Positions 1-14,040 of a DNA stretch of 64,000 nucleotides are shown here, in pieces. Positions within the stretch are counted from its first letter, which is position 1. Each line of letters begins with the position of its first letter. The stretch lies in NCBI GenBank assembly GCA_951406725.2, contig OX597834.1, positions 18,600,001 through 18,664,000 on the forward strand, given 5' to 3'. Origin of the DNA: Octopus vulgaris (lineage: Eukaryota). The position numbers were made by a program, and so were the translations under genes. Below the pieces are notes generated by a model, which had not been told where the DNA came from, did no database searches, and was given only the letters and a program-made list of their open reading frames with translations.

Positions 1-276
1 ACAGAAGGAGGGGACTGATATCGAACCTTCTCCCTTTCATCTCCTGCCGCCACATTGATTCCATCCGCATCCTTTCTCTCTCCCTCTTCCTCTCCCACTC
101 TCTCACTTTCCCCCTTGTACTTTCATGATATGTCTCTACACACATTTAAGTATACAATGATATATATATATGCATACACACACTCGCACATACACACGCA
201 CACACTCATATATAAATGATATATATATTTATAGTAATGAATATAAATATATGATCTATCCAGCCATCCGTCCATC

Positions 277-407
<131 letters not shown>

Positions 408-422
408 GTCAGGACTTCATAT

Positions 423-478
<56 letters not shown>

Positions 479-939
479 AAGGAATAAAAGTTGCAGCTGT
501 GATGATGCTGACTTGGCGAAGATTCTGAGAGTAGTAGTAGTAGTAGTAGTAGTAGTAACAACAACAAATGTGGTGAAGATGGAAGTAGCCTTAGCTTGGA
601 TGCGATGACAACAATGGTGGCGATGTTGTTGTTGTTGTTGTTATTGGTGATGGTGATGGTGATGGTGGTGGTGGTGTTAATAATAGTTACGAGACAAACA
701 AAAGAATATTGAAAAAATTAAACAACAAACAAATCAAGAAGAACCAAAAGCATAACAAATAACGAAAGCAACAACAACGACAATAACAACAATATTGGCT
801 GCAAGAATAAGAAGAAGAACAAAAGTGTTGTTTGTGTATGAAGTGGATTGGTGAAGCGATAAAAGTTTTGAGAGGAATAGGAGTGGGGGAGAGGGAAAGA
901 GAGGGTGTGTGTGTGATGTAGGAATAGAGAGGAGATGGA

Positions 940-1388
<449 letters not shown>

Positions 1389-1716
1389 CAGATGGTCTAA
1401 TTGTCCAAATATGGTGGCAATAAATGTTGAAATGATGTTAATGTCGTATTTGAGTCAATTATTGATTTCCTGATATCAAGGATACATCATCGCCTCGGAC
1501 GGCGGAGTCGGTCAGGGGTGGGTGATGGTTATTCCTTATTTATTACTTGTATGCGTATATATGTGTGTGTGTGTGTGTAAGTGTGCACGTGTGTGCTGAG
1601 AGCGTTGAAATGAAATGGGAATCGAAACCCGATCGTAGAGACTCGGCTGGTCGAAGGCAAACATGTACTTTGCCGTTCACAAAAATACAATGACGACGAC
1701 GAGTCAAACAGAGGTG

Positions 1717-1807
<91 letters not shown>

Positions 1808-2061
1808 ATAAGCGGTCACTTGACTTTCCGGAATTACCAACCAAACACTCCCTCATACCACACCCTACTGTTTGAACACAGGAAACTAACGGGGAGGAGG
1901 GAAGGAGAAAGGAAGGGGAGTCCTGGTCCAGATTCTGACTCCAAAGAGAACTCTGCTAAAGGTATCAAAGAGCCAAGTGGTAATGTGAAAACCGGGTGAC
2001 GGATTAAAACTAATCACCTTAAGATTTAAGTCGACCAAATAGATAACTTCCAAAGCAAATA

Positions 2062-2784
2062 TCAGGTTGAGTAAAAAGTAAGCAACGTTTTGAACCATAA
2101 AGAATTTATACCGAATTTTTTCAGAGTTTTGAATTTGTTTTAAATATTTTTTTGCTATTGTCTGATAATACAGACATAGACTTGCCCAAATGCATCAATG
2201 AATTAACATTGATATTTTTTTTCACCATTGTTACAATCATCTGAAATGCAACTGTCAAAGCGCGATATTCGAGCAATTTTGCTATTCAACTTCAGAAGCA
2301 GCTGAAACTGCTAGCAATATCAACGAAACATTTGGTGAAGAAATGACCAGTGAGTGGTCAGACCTGAAGCTTTAAGATCATGAGCATAGTGGACGCCCAT
2401 CTGTCATCGATGATGGTCAATTAACGACCGTCATTGAGAAAGATACACATGAAACCACTCGAGAACTGGCAAAAGAACTTCAAGTTAGCCAAAAAAACTG
2501 CCTGCAACTATTTGCATGCGATCGGAAAATCAAAACAGCTTGACAAATGGGTACCACACGATTTGAATGAAAATCAGAAAATGCACAGATATGAAATTTA
2601 CTTGTCGCTTCTTCTCTGTAACCAGACCGATCCATTTCTTGACTATATTTTAACTTGCGATGAAAAGTGGAGTCTGTATAATGATAAAACATGTTCTTCA
2701 CAGTCGTTGCACCAAAATGAAGCACCGAAAACCTTCCCTAAACCCGAGCTCTTCAAAAAGAAAGTGAACTTAGCAGATTGTTAG
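2062..2784 (+). mobile_element. Decayed mariner (Hsmar1/SETMAR-like) transposon, 5' part
   Basis: TA followed by TIR-like tcaggttgagtaaaaagtaagcaacgttt (2062-2090). ATG at 2246 gives MQLSKRDIRAILLFNF..AAETASNINETFGE; after frameshifts the motifs WVPHDL and ILTCDEKW (first catalytic Asp) appear. 3' truncated. Confidence 0.85.
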
Positions 2785-3078
2785 TGAGATTTTAAATGGT
2801 TAAATCATTCATTTAAAAAAAACTTCTTTATTGCCCACAGGGTGCTAAACATTGAGGAGACAAACTAGGACAGACAAAAGAATTAGATCGTTTACATCGA
2901 CCTCAGTGAGTAACTTGTACTTATTTAATCCGAAAGGGTGAAAGCAAAGTTGACCTCGGAATTTGAGATTATCGCAAGTGTGTTGTTATGAAATGGGAAT
3001 TGTTTCATTAATCGTAGACAATCGTGCATCCGTTCAAAACGACAAGTGAAATCATTGATAGATTTATTACCTAAAAGA

Positions 3079-3722
3079 CCTCTGTGTTTAGCCCCATGTG
3101 GGTAGTAAAGAAATAGGTATTTCGTCTGTCTGAAGGCGGTGAGCTGGCAGAAACGTTAGCACGCAGGGCGAAATGCGAAGCCGTATTTCGTGAGCCGTTA
3201 CGTTCTGAGTTCAAATTCTGCCGAGGTCGACTTTGCCATTCATCCTTTCGGGGTCGATAAATTAAGTACCAGTTACGCACTGGGGTCGATGTAATCGACT
3301 TAATCCGTTTGTCTGACCTTGTTTGTCCTCTATGTGTTTAGCCCCTTGTGGGTAGTAAAGAAATAGGTATTACGTCTGTCTATATGTTCTGAGTTCAAAT
3401 TCACCCGAGGTCGACTTTGTCATTCATCCTTTCGGGGTCGATAAATTAAGTACCAGTTACGCACTGGGGTCGATATAATCGACTTAATCCCTTTGTCTGT
3501 CCTTGTTTGTCCCCTCTGTGTTTAGCCCCTTGTGGGTAGCAAAGAAACAGAAATAGGTATTTCGTCTGTCTTTATGTTCTGAGTTCAAATTCACCCGAGG
3601 TCGACTTTGCCTTTCGTCGTTTCGGGGTCGATAAATTAAGTACCAGTTGCGTACCGGGGTCAATCTAATCGACTGGCCCCCTCCCCTAAAATTTCGGGCC
3701 TTGTGCCTAGAGTGGAAAAGAA
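3079..3722 (+). mobile_element. SINE family A (tRNA-derived): head plus three tandem body units
   Basis: Head aggcggtgagctggcagaaacgttagcac, B-box gagttcaaattc, body gcctttcatcctttcggggtcgataaattaagtaccag repeated three times with junction aaataggtatt.cgtctg. Confidence 0.9.
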
Positions 3723-3855
3723 TATAGTCAAGTTATATAAGAAAACACCGAGTAAAATATACCTTCACTGGAATTTAAATCTGAGGGTTTTTTTTTATTT
3801 CGTAATTGTGGATTATTTTGATTACATATTCAGCCACCTCTCGTTCTCACACCTG

Positions 3856-3861
3856 AACAGA

Positions 3862-3893
<32 letters not shown>

Positions 3894-4397
3894 CACATGC
3901 ATATATGTACGTTTGTATGTGTGTGTGCCTGTGCGTGTGTGTGCATGTGTGTGCATGTGCGTGCGTGTGTGTGTATGTGTATATGTGTATGTGTGTACGA
4001 GTGTGTGTGTGTATGTGTGTACGTGTGTGTGTGTGTGTGTGTAAGTGTGTGTGTATGTGTGTGTATGTGTATATGTATATGTGTGTACGTGTGTGTGTGT
4101 GTGTGCCTGTGCGTGTGTGTGTATGTGTGTGTGCTTGTGCGTACGTGTGTGTGTATGTGTGTGTATGTGTGTGTATGTGTATATGTGTATGTGTATACGT
4201 GTGTGTGTGTGTATGTGTGTACGTGTGTGTGTGTGTACGTGTGTGTGTATGTGTGTGTATGTGTATATGTGTATGTGTGTACGTGTGTACGTGTGTGTGT
4301 GTGTATGTGTGTACGTGTGTACATGTGTGTGTATGTGTGTGTATGTGTATATGTGTACGTGTGTGTGTGTGTACGTGTGTGTGTGTGTGTGTGTGTT
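3856..4397. repeat. Compound (TG)n/(TATG)/(TACG) microsatellite
   Basis: Visible dinucleotide-based array. Confidence 0.95.
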
Positions 4398-4949
4398 TGA
4401 CACAGTTTTTGGGAACAAGAAGTTTATAAAGAGCCGACAAGCAGCAACAAGCAAACAAATGGGGGAAAATAAGTAAATAACAAATAATAAAAGAAGCCGC
4501 ACCGTATTCTTTTAACAAGTGAAGTCATGACTGTTGGAGCATATACGTGCTTGAGTGGTTGGCTGCTTATTAACTTACATTTTATGACTAAAGAATAAAT
4601 CACTCAGAGATGTCTACATGAAAAGCATTGGTTAAATTAGAGTTAACTTGGGTTAAATTAGAGAGAATTAAAATACGAACTGGAAGTAGTTATGCGCCGA
4701 GAGAATAAAAGCAGAACAAAGACGAAAACGAAAAAACAGCACTATACAATGGATAACTGATATATGAAGTGCTTCAGTAAATAAGGGACACAACTTCTGA
4801 CATGCTTCGCTCATGTTGTGTCTTCATCAGCAAAGTAACGGTTCGCCGGTTGAGAATAAAAAAAAAAAAGAATTTTTTACAGACTATTATTTTATCGTAA
4901 TAATATTTTTCTTACTTCGTTAATTACTAATATAACATTTATGTCTTTT

Positions 4950-5050
4950 GTATTTTATTTGCTTTATTCATTGGACTGTAGCCATGCTGGGGCACCGCCT
5001 TAAATTGTTTAGTTGCGCAAATCTTCCCTAATACATGTTCTATTTCTATT

Positions 5051-5093
<43 letters not shown>

Positions 5094-5437
5094 GTTTCAA
5101 CTCTGTTACTTATTCTATCGGGTACTTTTGCCGCACTGCTAAGTTACGGGGATTTTAACAAACCAACACCAGTTGTGAAGCGGTGGTGCGGGAAACACAC
5201 ACAGACGCGCGCGCACACACATACACGCACACACACTGACGCACACACACACACACACACACACACACTGTTAGCTTCTACACAGTTTCTGTCTACCAAA
5301 TTCCCTCGCAGGACATTGGTCGGCCCGAGGCTATAGCAGAAGACACTGCCCCCACTCCGGTGCCGAGCAGTGGGACTGAACCCGAAACCATGTGGTCGCA
5401 AAGCAAGCTTCGTAACCACACAACCATACCTGCACCT
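4950..5437 (-). mobile_element. SINE family B, degenerate copy
   Basis: Reverse complement of family B head (gtggttacgaagcttgc...ggtttcgggttcagtccc), internal (CA)n and ggcggtgccccagcatggc tail. Confidence 0.8.
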
Positions 5438-5627
5438 GTAATGTATATACAAACGTCACAATTAATGCCTTTCGACGTCTGTATACGCATAAGTATTATA
5501 CACACCTGTGTTTCAATCTAAGGCTGTTTCAAGTGCATATATTAATTAATAATATTAATGATGTCATAAGAATTTACAAACTTTCGAGAGAACGTGAAAT
5601 AATTTTTTGTTTTTGGAACAAAAAATC

Positions 5628-5930
5628 TTGACGTGGGTTCTAGTTGATTCGATTAATGGAACAGCCTGCACATGAAATTAACGTGTATGTGCCTGAGTAC
5701 TCCACAGACACATGTACCCTTAACATAATTCTTATAGAGATTCAGCGTGACACAGAATGTGAAAAGGTTGGCCCTTTGAAATACGGGTGGTGCCAATTTT
5801 TGCCAGTTAAGTAGACTGGAGAAACATGAAATAAAATGTCTTGTAGAAGGACTCAACGCGCTGCCAAGTATCGAACACACAACCTTACGATCGAGAGCCG
5901 AATAACCTAATCATTTAACCACATGCCTTC
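5628..5930 (-). mobile_element. SINE family D, degenerate copy
   Basis: Reverse complement shows tRNA-like head aggcatgtggttaaatgattagg...gttcgatac and the tail shared with family C (tttcaaagggcc...ctgttccattaatcgaatcaac). Confidence 0.75.
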
Positions 5931-5936
5931 ACTCCG

Positions 5937-6393
5937 TGTAAGTGTAAGGACTTATGTTGAAGAGATTTTGCCAAACGGGTGGATTGGACGAAGACTTTCA
6001 GTTGAATACCTTCCGCATTCACCGGGGAATTACAACCGTGTTTCGTGGTCTGCTACTACAACAGCTCCTTTATAGGATCCAGTTAGCTCAAGAGTTAGCT
6101 CCTTTCATCAGGAGGAACCACGTCCGGTTTCGGCCCCTACTCCTCTACCGTTTTGACGTGGCGGCCCCCCTCCGCTTTCGGAAATGTCTTCTTTCTTCTG
6201 TTCCCTGGCCTCTTTGATGTATCGTCAGCGAGTGCCAGCCGGTGACTGACTGTCTTGTCAAATTTCTCCCTTTAAATACCTGCCGCATAGGCTTCAGCAG
6301 GCAGCCCCAGCAAGTTGTCACGTGACACTGTCTCGCCTTAACTGACTAACTGACTTAAAACACCGGACCTTTTTCTTTATGAGGATACTTACA
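5937..6393. mobile_element. Probable solo LTR
   Basis: About 450 bp of more GC-rich unique sequence bounded by tgtaagt...acttaca (TG..CA with a short terminal inverted repeat). No clear TSD seen. Confidence 0.5.
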
Positions 6394-6656
6394 AAAAAAT
6401 GAAGTTTACGATACAAAATCGGCAAAATACGAATCGAAGGCAGTCATTGAACGAGGATGCGCCCAAATACCGAACAAATGTTTTCTGATGTTTGCTATCC
6501 AACTGCTTACAGTTATCAGCAAGGATTGGACCAGAGCGGACATCATGTTTAAAACTTTTAAATTCTGAATCTGTAGATTCCAATGAACTTTGAGAAGGAA
6601 ATGCATTTTAACTAATCCTTCATTGTGTGTATACATTGCTTTGAAGGCACCCTGTA
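6394..6656 (+). mobile_element. Tc1/mariner 3' end remnant
   Basis: Transposase C-terminus-like ...QQGLDQSGHHV* followed by the terminal signature caccctgta|ta. Confidence 0.5.
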
Positions 6657-6841
6657 TATTCTTTTTCTACTGAAATTTTTGGGGAGGGTGCCAGTCGATT
6701 AGATCGACCTCAGTACGCAGCTGGTACTTAATTTATCGACGCCGAAAGGCTGAAAGGCAAAGTCGACCTCGGTGGAATTTAGACACCGTGTATGTTAAAC
6801 TATTGAACGAGGAGCAAATAAAATAATGGATACGTGTACAC

Positions 6842-6872
<31 letters not shown>

Positions 6873-7426
6873 TGTATGTGTTTGTACGTATGTGTGTGTG
6901 TGTGTGTATGTATGTGTGTGTATGTATGTGTGTGAGTGTATGTATGTATGTATGTATGTATGTATGTATGTATGTATGTATGTATGTATGTATGTATGCC
7001 TATCTTTATGTATGTATGTATGCCTGTATGTATGCCTCTATGTATGTATGTATGTATGTATGCATGTGTGCATGTGTGCATGTGTGTATATATGTATGTG
7101 TGTATGTGTGCATGTGTGTATGTATGTATGTATGTCTATCTGTATGTATGTATGTATGTATGTATGTATGTATGTGTGCATGTATGTATGTATGTCTATC
7201 TGTATGTATGTATGTGTGTATGTGTGTATGTGTGTATGTATGTATGTGTGTTGCGAACAGTCAGATCGACTTAGTGTTGTCCACTTAGCAATGCCACAGA
7301 CGGCAGCTGGGGAATTTCCTGCTGGACAACAGAGACGAAGGAGAGGTACAGGTGGGGGGGAAGGGTGTGCGAGTGTATGGTCATTAGTATTAATGGACTT
7401 TTCATCTCATCGTCTCGCCACGGATG

Positions 7427-7626
7427 CCACCACCTGCAACACCACCACCACCACCACCACTACTATTACTACTACTACCACCACCACCACCACTACTACT
7501 ACTACTACCACCACCACCACCACTACTACTACCACCACCACCACCACTACTACTACTATTACTACTACCACCACCACCACCACCACTACTACTACCACCA
7601 CCACTACTACTACCACCACCACCACC

Positions 7627-7670
<44 letters not shown>

Positions 7671-7696
7671 CACCACCATCACTACTACTACCACAA

Positions 7697-7740
<44 letters not shown>

Positions 7741-7759
7741 CATCACCACCACCACCACC

Positions 7760-7808
<49 letters not shown>
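7427..7808. repeat. (CAC)n/(TAC)n trinucleotide array
   Basis: Alternating acc/act runs; source of the poly-T/H/P/V ORFs. Confidence 0.95.
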
Positions 7809-8290
7809 GTACCGTTGCTGCTGCTTTTGCGGCTATCGTAAGAGCTTGGTTTAACTTTCCCTCGTAATCCCAAACCACGATACTTCGTGGCAAAGCAAAA
7901 AGGCAACAGAAGACGACTTCTGTCATTTCTCCGACTTCAAAGTTCAAAATGCGAGGAGTGCGAAAGCAGTTACCTCCCTTACATCCTTAGAGTATATCTT
8001 AATATCCGGACGATACCGCAATGCACCAGAAAGCTATAATGGTTGGTTAGTCTTAGGTTATTAATTCCATTCACAAATTGAATACATTATAGGAATGCGA
8101 TGCATTCATCTTAAACACACACACACACACACGTATATATAGTAGAGATGAAGATAGAAAACTCTTGATACAGAATTGAATAACAATGACTTTTCTTAAA
8201 TTTTTTTCCTCCTACTTTAATGATCGGATATTTACAAATCGTATCTTGAAAAAAGAAAAAAAAATCAGAAAATCATTCCTATTCACTTTT

Positions 8291-8332
<42 letters not shown>

Positions 8333-8337
<5 letters not shown>

Positions 8338-9244
8338 CTCCCTATTTTAAAATGCTCTTTTAATCTTTTACTTGTTTCAGTCATTTGACTGCGGGCCATG
8401 CTGGAGCACCGCCTTTAGTCGAGCAAATCGACACCAGGACTTATTCTTTTGTAAGCCTAGTACTTATTCTATCGGTCTCTTTTGCCGAACCGCTAAGTTA
8501 CGGGGACGTAAACACACCAGCATCGGTTGTCAAGCTATGTAGCGGGGACAAACACAGACACACAAACACACACATACATATATACGACGGGCTTCTTTCA
8601 GTTTCCGTATACCAAATCCACTCACAAGGCTTTGGTCGGCCCGAGGCTATGGTAGAAGACACTTGTCCAAGGTGCCACGCAGTGGGACTGAACCCGGAAC
8701 CATGTGATTGATAAGCAAGCTACTTACCACACAGCCACTTATAAATTATTTTTATTAATTGTAATTTTTGCCTCAAATTTTTTGTTCTTCCGTTTTTGAA
8801 GTTTGAGAATTTAATCTGCGATCATATTGTTCTTGTCGTTCGTGAATGACTGAATGGCCACTTCCACGGGAGATGGAGGGATCGTCGTGGTCCGCATGAG
8901 TGGCCAGCCAGGAGTCCCGACCTGACACCCTGTGACTTCTTTCTTTGGGGTTGGTTGGTTAAAGGAACAAATCTACAGTAAGAAACCTAAGATTTGGAAG
9001 AACTTGAAGGGGCGAATACGAGAACTTATACCTTCCATCTCACCAGAGTTCCTGATGAAATCACTTGATGCAATCCTGGGGCGACTCAAGAAGCTGGGGC
9101 GACATCTGGAACCCGTATCGAATTTTAAATAAAACTTCATACTAAAAGCTTCCCTTTCATAACAATTTTTCTTTTTGAAAAATTACACTTAAATAAATTT
9201 ATAAGTATTTTAAAATAGGGAGTTACTTTTCAACTACCCTCTAT
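8333..9244 (+). mobile_element. Internally deleted Tc1/mariner (DD37D/maT-like) element with a SINE B nested in its left TIR
   Basis: Left gtaactccctattttaaaatgct (8333) mirrors right agtattttaaaatagggagttac (~9204-9226). Internal translation GRWRDRRGPHEWPARSPDLTPCDFFLWG..LKEQIY. Confidence 0.8.
8357..8740 (-). mobile_element. SINE family B, near full length
   Basis: Reverse complement reads agtggctgtgtggtaagtagcttgct...ggttccgggttcagtccc...(TG)n...aaacaagtaaaaga. Confidence 0.9.
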
Positions 9245-9386
9245 ATATCTATGGTTTGTCTTATGTGTACAGTTAGATGTATGTATACAACTGGTGAGTA
9301 CAGAGCTCCTCTTAGAGTATCAACATCCAGTCCATTTCCAGTAAAGTGGTGTGGTTATTATTGTATTCAATAATATTACTAAAGGA

Positions 9387-9598
9387 AGGCGGTGAGCTGG
9401 CAGAAACGTTAGCACGCCGGGCGAAATGCTTAGCCATATATTGCGTCTTTACGTTCTGAATTCAAATTCTACCGAGATCGACTCTGCCTTTCATCCTTTC
9501 GGGGTCGATAAATTATGTACCAGTTGCGCACTGGGTCGAACTAATCGACTGGCCCCTCCCCGCAATTTTCGGGCCTTTTGCCTAGAGTAGAAAAGAAT
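9387..9598 (+). mobile_element. SINE family A monomer
   Basis: Head, body and short tail ...cctagagtagaaaagaat. Confidence 0.9.
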
Positions 9599-9610
9599 AA
9601 TATTACTAAA

Positions 9611-9937
9611 GGCGCATGATTTGGTACTTAGTGTATTCGGCTCCCGATCGTTAGGTCGCGAGTTCGATTCCTGGCGGTGCTTTGCGTCTTGAGCAAGATG
9701 CTTTATTTCACGTTACTCCAGTTCACCCAACTGACAAAAATGAGTTGAACCTATATTTCAAAGAATCACAGTCTGTTTGAAAGGGTCACAGTCTGTCACA
9801 AGCTGAATCCCCATGAGAACTACGCCAAGAGTACGCGTGTCTATAGAGTTCTCATCAACTTTCGCGTTAATTTCACGAGCAAGCTGTTCCGTTGACTGCA
9901 TCAACCGGAAAACCCATCGACGCAACCGATAGAGTGC
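9611..9937 (+). mobile_element. SINE family D
   Basis: ggcgcatg...gagttcgattc head, cttgagcaag core, tail shared with family C. Confidence 0.8.
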
Positions 9938-9945
9938 TAATTAGT

Positions 9946-10588
9946 AATACTGGTTTCAAATTTTGGCACAAGGCGAGCAAGTTCAGAGTAGATGGGTAAG
10001 TCGATTACATCGACCCCAGTGCTTAACTGGTACTTATTTTATCGACCCCGAAAGGCTGAAAGGCAAAGTCGACCTCGGCGGAATTTGAACTCAGAACGTA
10101 GCGGCAGAAGAAATACTGCTACGCATTTCGCCCGGCGTGCTAACGTTTCTGCCAGCTCGCCGCCTTGTAAAAAACTCCTTTACTGCCCACAAGGGGCTAA
10201 ACATAGAGTGGACAAACAAGGACAGACAAACGAATTAAGTCGATTACATCGACCCCAGTGCGTAACTGGTACTTAATTTATCGGCCCAGAAAGGATGAAA
10301 GGCAAAGTCGACCTCGGCGGAATTTGAACTCAGAACGTAACGGCAGACGAAATACCTATTTCTTTATTACCCACAAGGGGCTAAACACAGAGGGGACAAA
10401 CAAGGACAGACATAGGTATTAAGTCTATTATATGGACCCCAGTGCTTAACTGGTACTTATTTTATCGACCCCGAAAGGATGAAAGGCAAAGTCGACCTCG
10501 GCGGAATTTGAACTCAGAACGTAGCCGCAGACGAAATACGGCTACGCATTTCGTCCGGTGTGCTGACGATTCTGCCAGTTCGCCACCT
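9946..10588 (-). mobile_element. SINE family A cluster (monomer plus dimer)
   Basis: Three reverse-complement body units; dimer junction seen as cagacgaaatacctatttcttta. Confidence 0.9.
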
Positions 10589-10849
10589 TACTCACCGTTA
10601 ATTAAAAATAATAAATCGTTTTCGAGACGCAATTGTCCATAGGTCAATAACTCGCCGATCTCAGTCCGCCACCCACATAACTAATTTATATGAATTCCTC
10701 ATTTCCACTCCCCCACCACCACCACCACCGCCAACACTATCGTCACCACCGCCGACTGTAATTAATCATGATTTGGTATTCTCTATTAACCTGGTCGTTC
10801 GTTGCCAATAACAAAAGCAGGGCCTCGAATCTCATTCAGGTTGACTCAC

Positions 10850-10880
10850 CTACATTTCTATTGTCTTTCCATGGCTTTCT
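10850..10880 (-). CDS. Candidate 31-nt micro-exon of the minus-strand gene (RKPWKDNRNV)
   Basis: Minus strand gaaatag|AGAAAGCC...AATGTAG|gtgagt: strong donor, phase-0 start compatible with exon 16325-16372, but weak acceptor. Confidence 0.3.
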
Positions 10881-10916
10881 CTATTTCATAATAATAACAA
10901 CAACAACAACAACAGC

Positions 10917-10952
<36 letters not shown>

Positions 10953-11311
10953 CACCACTACTACCACTACCACTACCGCCACCGCCGCCGCCGCCACCAC
11001 CACCACCACCACTACCACTACCACTACTACTACTACTACTACTATAACAGCCGCCGTTTCCAGCTACAGCACCACCGCCGCCGCTCTTGTATTCATGATA
11101 AAATCGGAAGAGCGATGGACAAAACGTGTTAATTCAGTAACGTCCATTTACGTTCTGAGTTCGAGTCCCACTGAGGTCGACTTTGCCTTTCCTCCTTTCA
11201 TATCAAAAAAAAAAATTTTTTTTTTTAAATGACACCATTCAATTTCAGGACTGACGGTGGTGGCGGTTGTGGCGAAGGGGTACTGAACTTCTTATGATGT
11301 GAGAAACCTCT

Positions 11312-12230
11312 AAGGAAGCGAGCTGGCAGAATCGTTAGCACGCCGGGCGAAATGCTAAGCGGCATTTCGTCCGTCTTTACGTTCTGAGTTCAAATTCCAC
11401 CGAGGTCGACTTTGCCTTGCATCCTTTCGGAGTCGATAGATTAAGTACCAGTGAAACACTGGGGTCGATGTAATCGTCTGGTCCCTTCCCGCCAAAATTT
11501 CAGGCCCTGTACCTAAACTAGAAAGGATTATGTGAGAAACCTTTGTCATTATGATAAGTGCATTGCCGTGTCACCGAAGACTGAATTTCCGCGCTGCGCT
11601 CGTTTGCCAAATTCTTTATCTCCTCTAATATTATTTCGATTGTTGAAGGTGGCGAGCTGGCAGAATCGTTAGCACACCGGGCGAAATGCTTTGCGGTATT
11701 TCGTTTGCTGCTACGTTCTAAGTTCAAATTCCGCCGAGGTCAATTTTGCCTTTCATCCTTTCGGGGTCGATAAATAAAGTACCTGTTGAGCACTGGGGTC
11801 GATGTAATCGACTTAATCCCTTTGTCTGTCCTTGTTTGTCCCCTCTATGTTTAGCCCATTGTGGGTAATAAAGAAATAGGTATTTCGTTTGCTGCTACGT
11901 TCTGAGTTCAAATTCCGCCGAGGTCGACTTTGCCTTTCATCCTTTCGGGGTCGATAAATAAAGTACCAGTTGAGCACTGGGGTCGATGTAATCGACTTAA
12001 TAACTTTGTCTGTCCTTGTTTTTCCCCTCTGTGATTAGCCCCTTGTGGGCAATAAAGAAATAAGAATCGTTAGCACACCGGATAAAATGTTTAGCGGCAT
12101 TTCGTTCATCTTTACGTTCTGGGTTCAAATTCCGCCGAGATCGGCTTTGCCTTCCATCTCTTTCTGGATCGATGAAATGGCTACTAATTGAGCATTGGAA
12201 TCCATGCCAAAATTTGAAACCAATATTATT
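11312..12230 (+). mobile_element. SINE family A cluster (monomer plus multimer)
   Basis: Four body units; junctions at ~11875 and ~12060. Confidence 0.88.
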
Positions 12231-12429
12231 CTGATTGTATCATTGAGTGTTCAAGCGTTATGCTTCCAAAGAACCTTAACGATGAGACGAAATCCAAGAT
12301 TGTAACCGGAATACTGAACGTAATGAAGCAATGCTCTGAACAGTGAGAAATCAAAATAATTATAAAACGCGAATTTTTACGGGCTCATTCTCTCATGAAT
12401 CAGGCCTTTCTTTGTTTGTACTAAAGGGA

Positions 12430-13260
12430 GTCGTGGAGTAAAATAAAATCGGAATACGATCGTGAATACCGTAAATCTTCGAGTATAGTCCGCAAGGGAT
12501 TTTTAGGGGGCTGTACCTCTGAAAAACCTAAACCTTGTGTATAATACGCACCCCTTCTCTAACTTGAGTCGTGCGTAATTAAAGCAGCAGCACCTAGTCG
12601 AACAAACACTTCCCTGCATGCGTAATACAATAATGGTGACGTTCTTAACTGTTATATGGGAATGTAAACATGTTTGCAAATTGTTTTTGTTATATGTTAT
12701 TCTGTGTTCTGAATACTTTTATTTTAATAAATGTTGCTTACTGCAAGTTATGGATGATTCTTTTATGACTTCATTGCTTTCAGGCTTAGCTTAAGGTATT
12801 TTCCGCGCCCGACATCACAAAATGCGTCTGAATAAACATTGTCAGACAGCAAATAGAGACTCGGACATTGCTTAGAAAACATTTTTCATTTTTAACCTCG
12901 TATATAGTACGCACTAGGGATTTGACCTTTAAATTTGGGGGAGGGATGCGGATTATACTCGAGGATTTACGGTACAAGCGGACGAAATGGGGTTCTTTCG
13001 AAAGGTCTCTAGAGTAACGTTACTCGACAGGGTGCGTGGTTCGAGATCAGAGAGTCTCCCTAGGTCGAGTCGCTACTTGTTCGCTTTGAAGGATCTCAGT
13101 TCCGATATCACAGACAAATGATTAGAATGCCGCATGAAAGAATCGCAAGAGAGATTCTTGAAGCCGAGCAAACCTAGAGATAGACCAAGAAAGAGATGGC
13201 AGGACAATAGTCGTAGTCAAAGTTGGTCATGCTTGAGAATCCAACCGGAAAGAAAGATGA
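12430..13260 (+). mobile_element. RTE-clade LINE 3' fragment interrupted by a MITE
   Basis: Frameshifted translation IQADEMGFFRKVSRVTLLDRVR..IRMPHERIAREILEAE..PRDRPRKRWQD (RTE C-terminal GRP..RW motif); reads through the TA target of the MITE. Confidence 0.75.
12469..12972. mobile_element. Pogo/Tigger-type MITE
   Basis: 26-bp TIRs ccgtaaatcttcgagtatagtccgca and tgcggattatactcgaggatttacgg (24/26 match), flanked by TA on both sides. Confidence 0.9.
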
Positions 13261-13761
13261 CCATTGCTTATTTTGTAGGACCCTATGGAGGAGGTGCCCG
13301 AGGACTCTACCCTATCTACCATCCTAAGAATAGTTGATGGAATTAATGGATCGAAGAAGGGATGGAAGGAAGGAAGGAATATAAAGAAAGCAACATTGCA
13401 ACTGACCAGAGGAAAGAATATAACGGATAGAAAAAAAAAATAAAGAAAACACATAAGCAAAATAGAAAAAAATAGAGATAAATGCAAGAAGAAAACGAAA
13501 GAAAAATATGTCATAGAATTAAAGAAAGTTCTACATGGTCGTCCGGCCTGCTAAAAACAGCAACCAAATTTCGGTCATATCATACCCCAGTTTTGTGAAG
13601 TCAAAGAAAAGTATGTGAGAGATACAAAGGAAGTGTTGAAATCACGGACAACTAGAAATAGTCGAGTTAATCAGAATATGATTTCAGTGGGAGTTAGTTA
13701 ACTTAACGTGACTATAAACCGTTACATGCGTATATATACATGCACATACATATATACGAAG

Positions 13762-13798
<37 letters not shown>

Positions 13799-13938
13799 AA
13801 GACAGACAGAGAGAGAGATAGAGAGAGTCTTACAATTATGTTTGTATTGTGCTTTGTTTCTGTTGTCCGAAATTTTTGCAAATAAACCAGACTAAACAAG
13901 CAAAACACACCCCAAAATATACACACACACACAAAGTT

Positions 13939-13997
<59 letters not shown>

Positions 13998-14040
13998 CCG
14001 ACATTCTCACTATCTGCTTGCCTGCCTATAAATATATATA

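Noticed and set aside
3134-3722. Regularly spaced repeats resembling a CRISPR array
   Set aside because: Units are whole ~180-bp SINE bodies with no unique spacers, in a eukaryotic context with no cas genes.
4790-4835. Minus-strand HHR-like ctgatgaagacac..gcgaagcatgtc
   Set aside because: GAAA is mutated and stems I and II pair poorly; at best a decayed PLE remnant.
6098-6136. GAAAC and CTGATGA on the minus strand of the solo LTR
   Set aside because: Order and spacing leave no room for a stem I.
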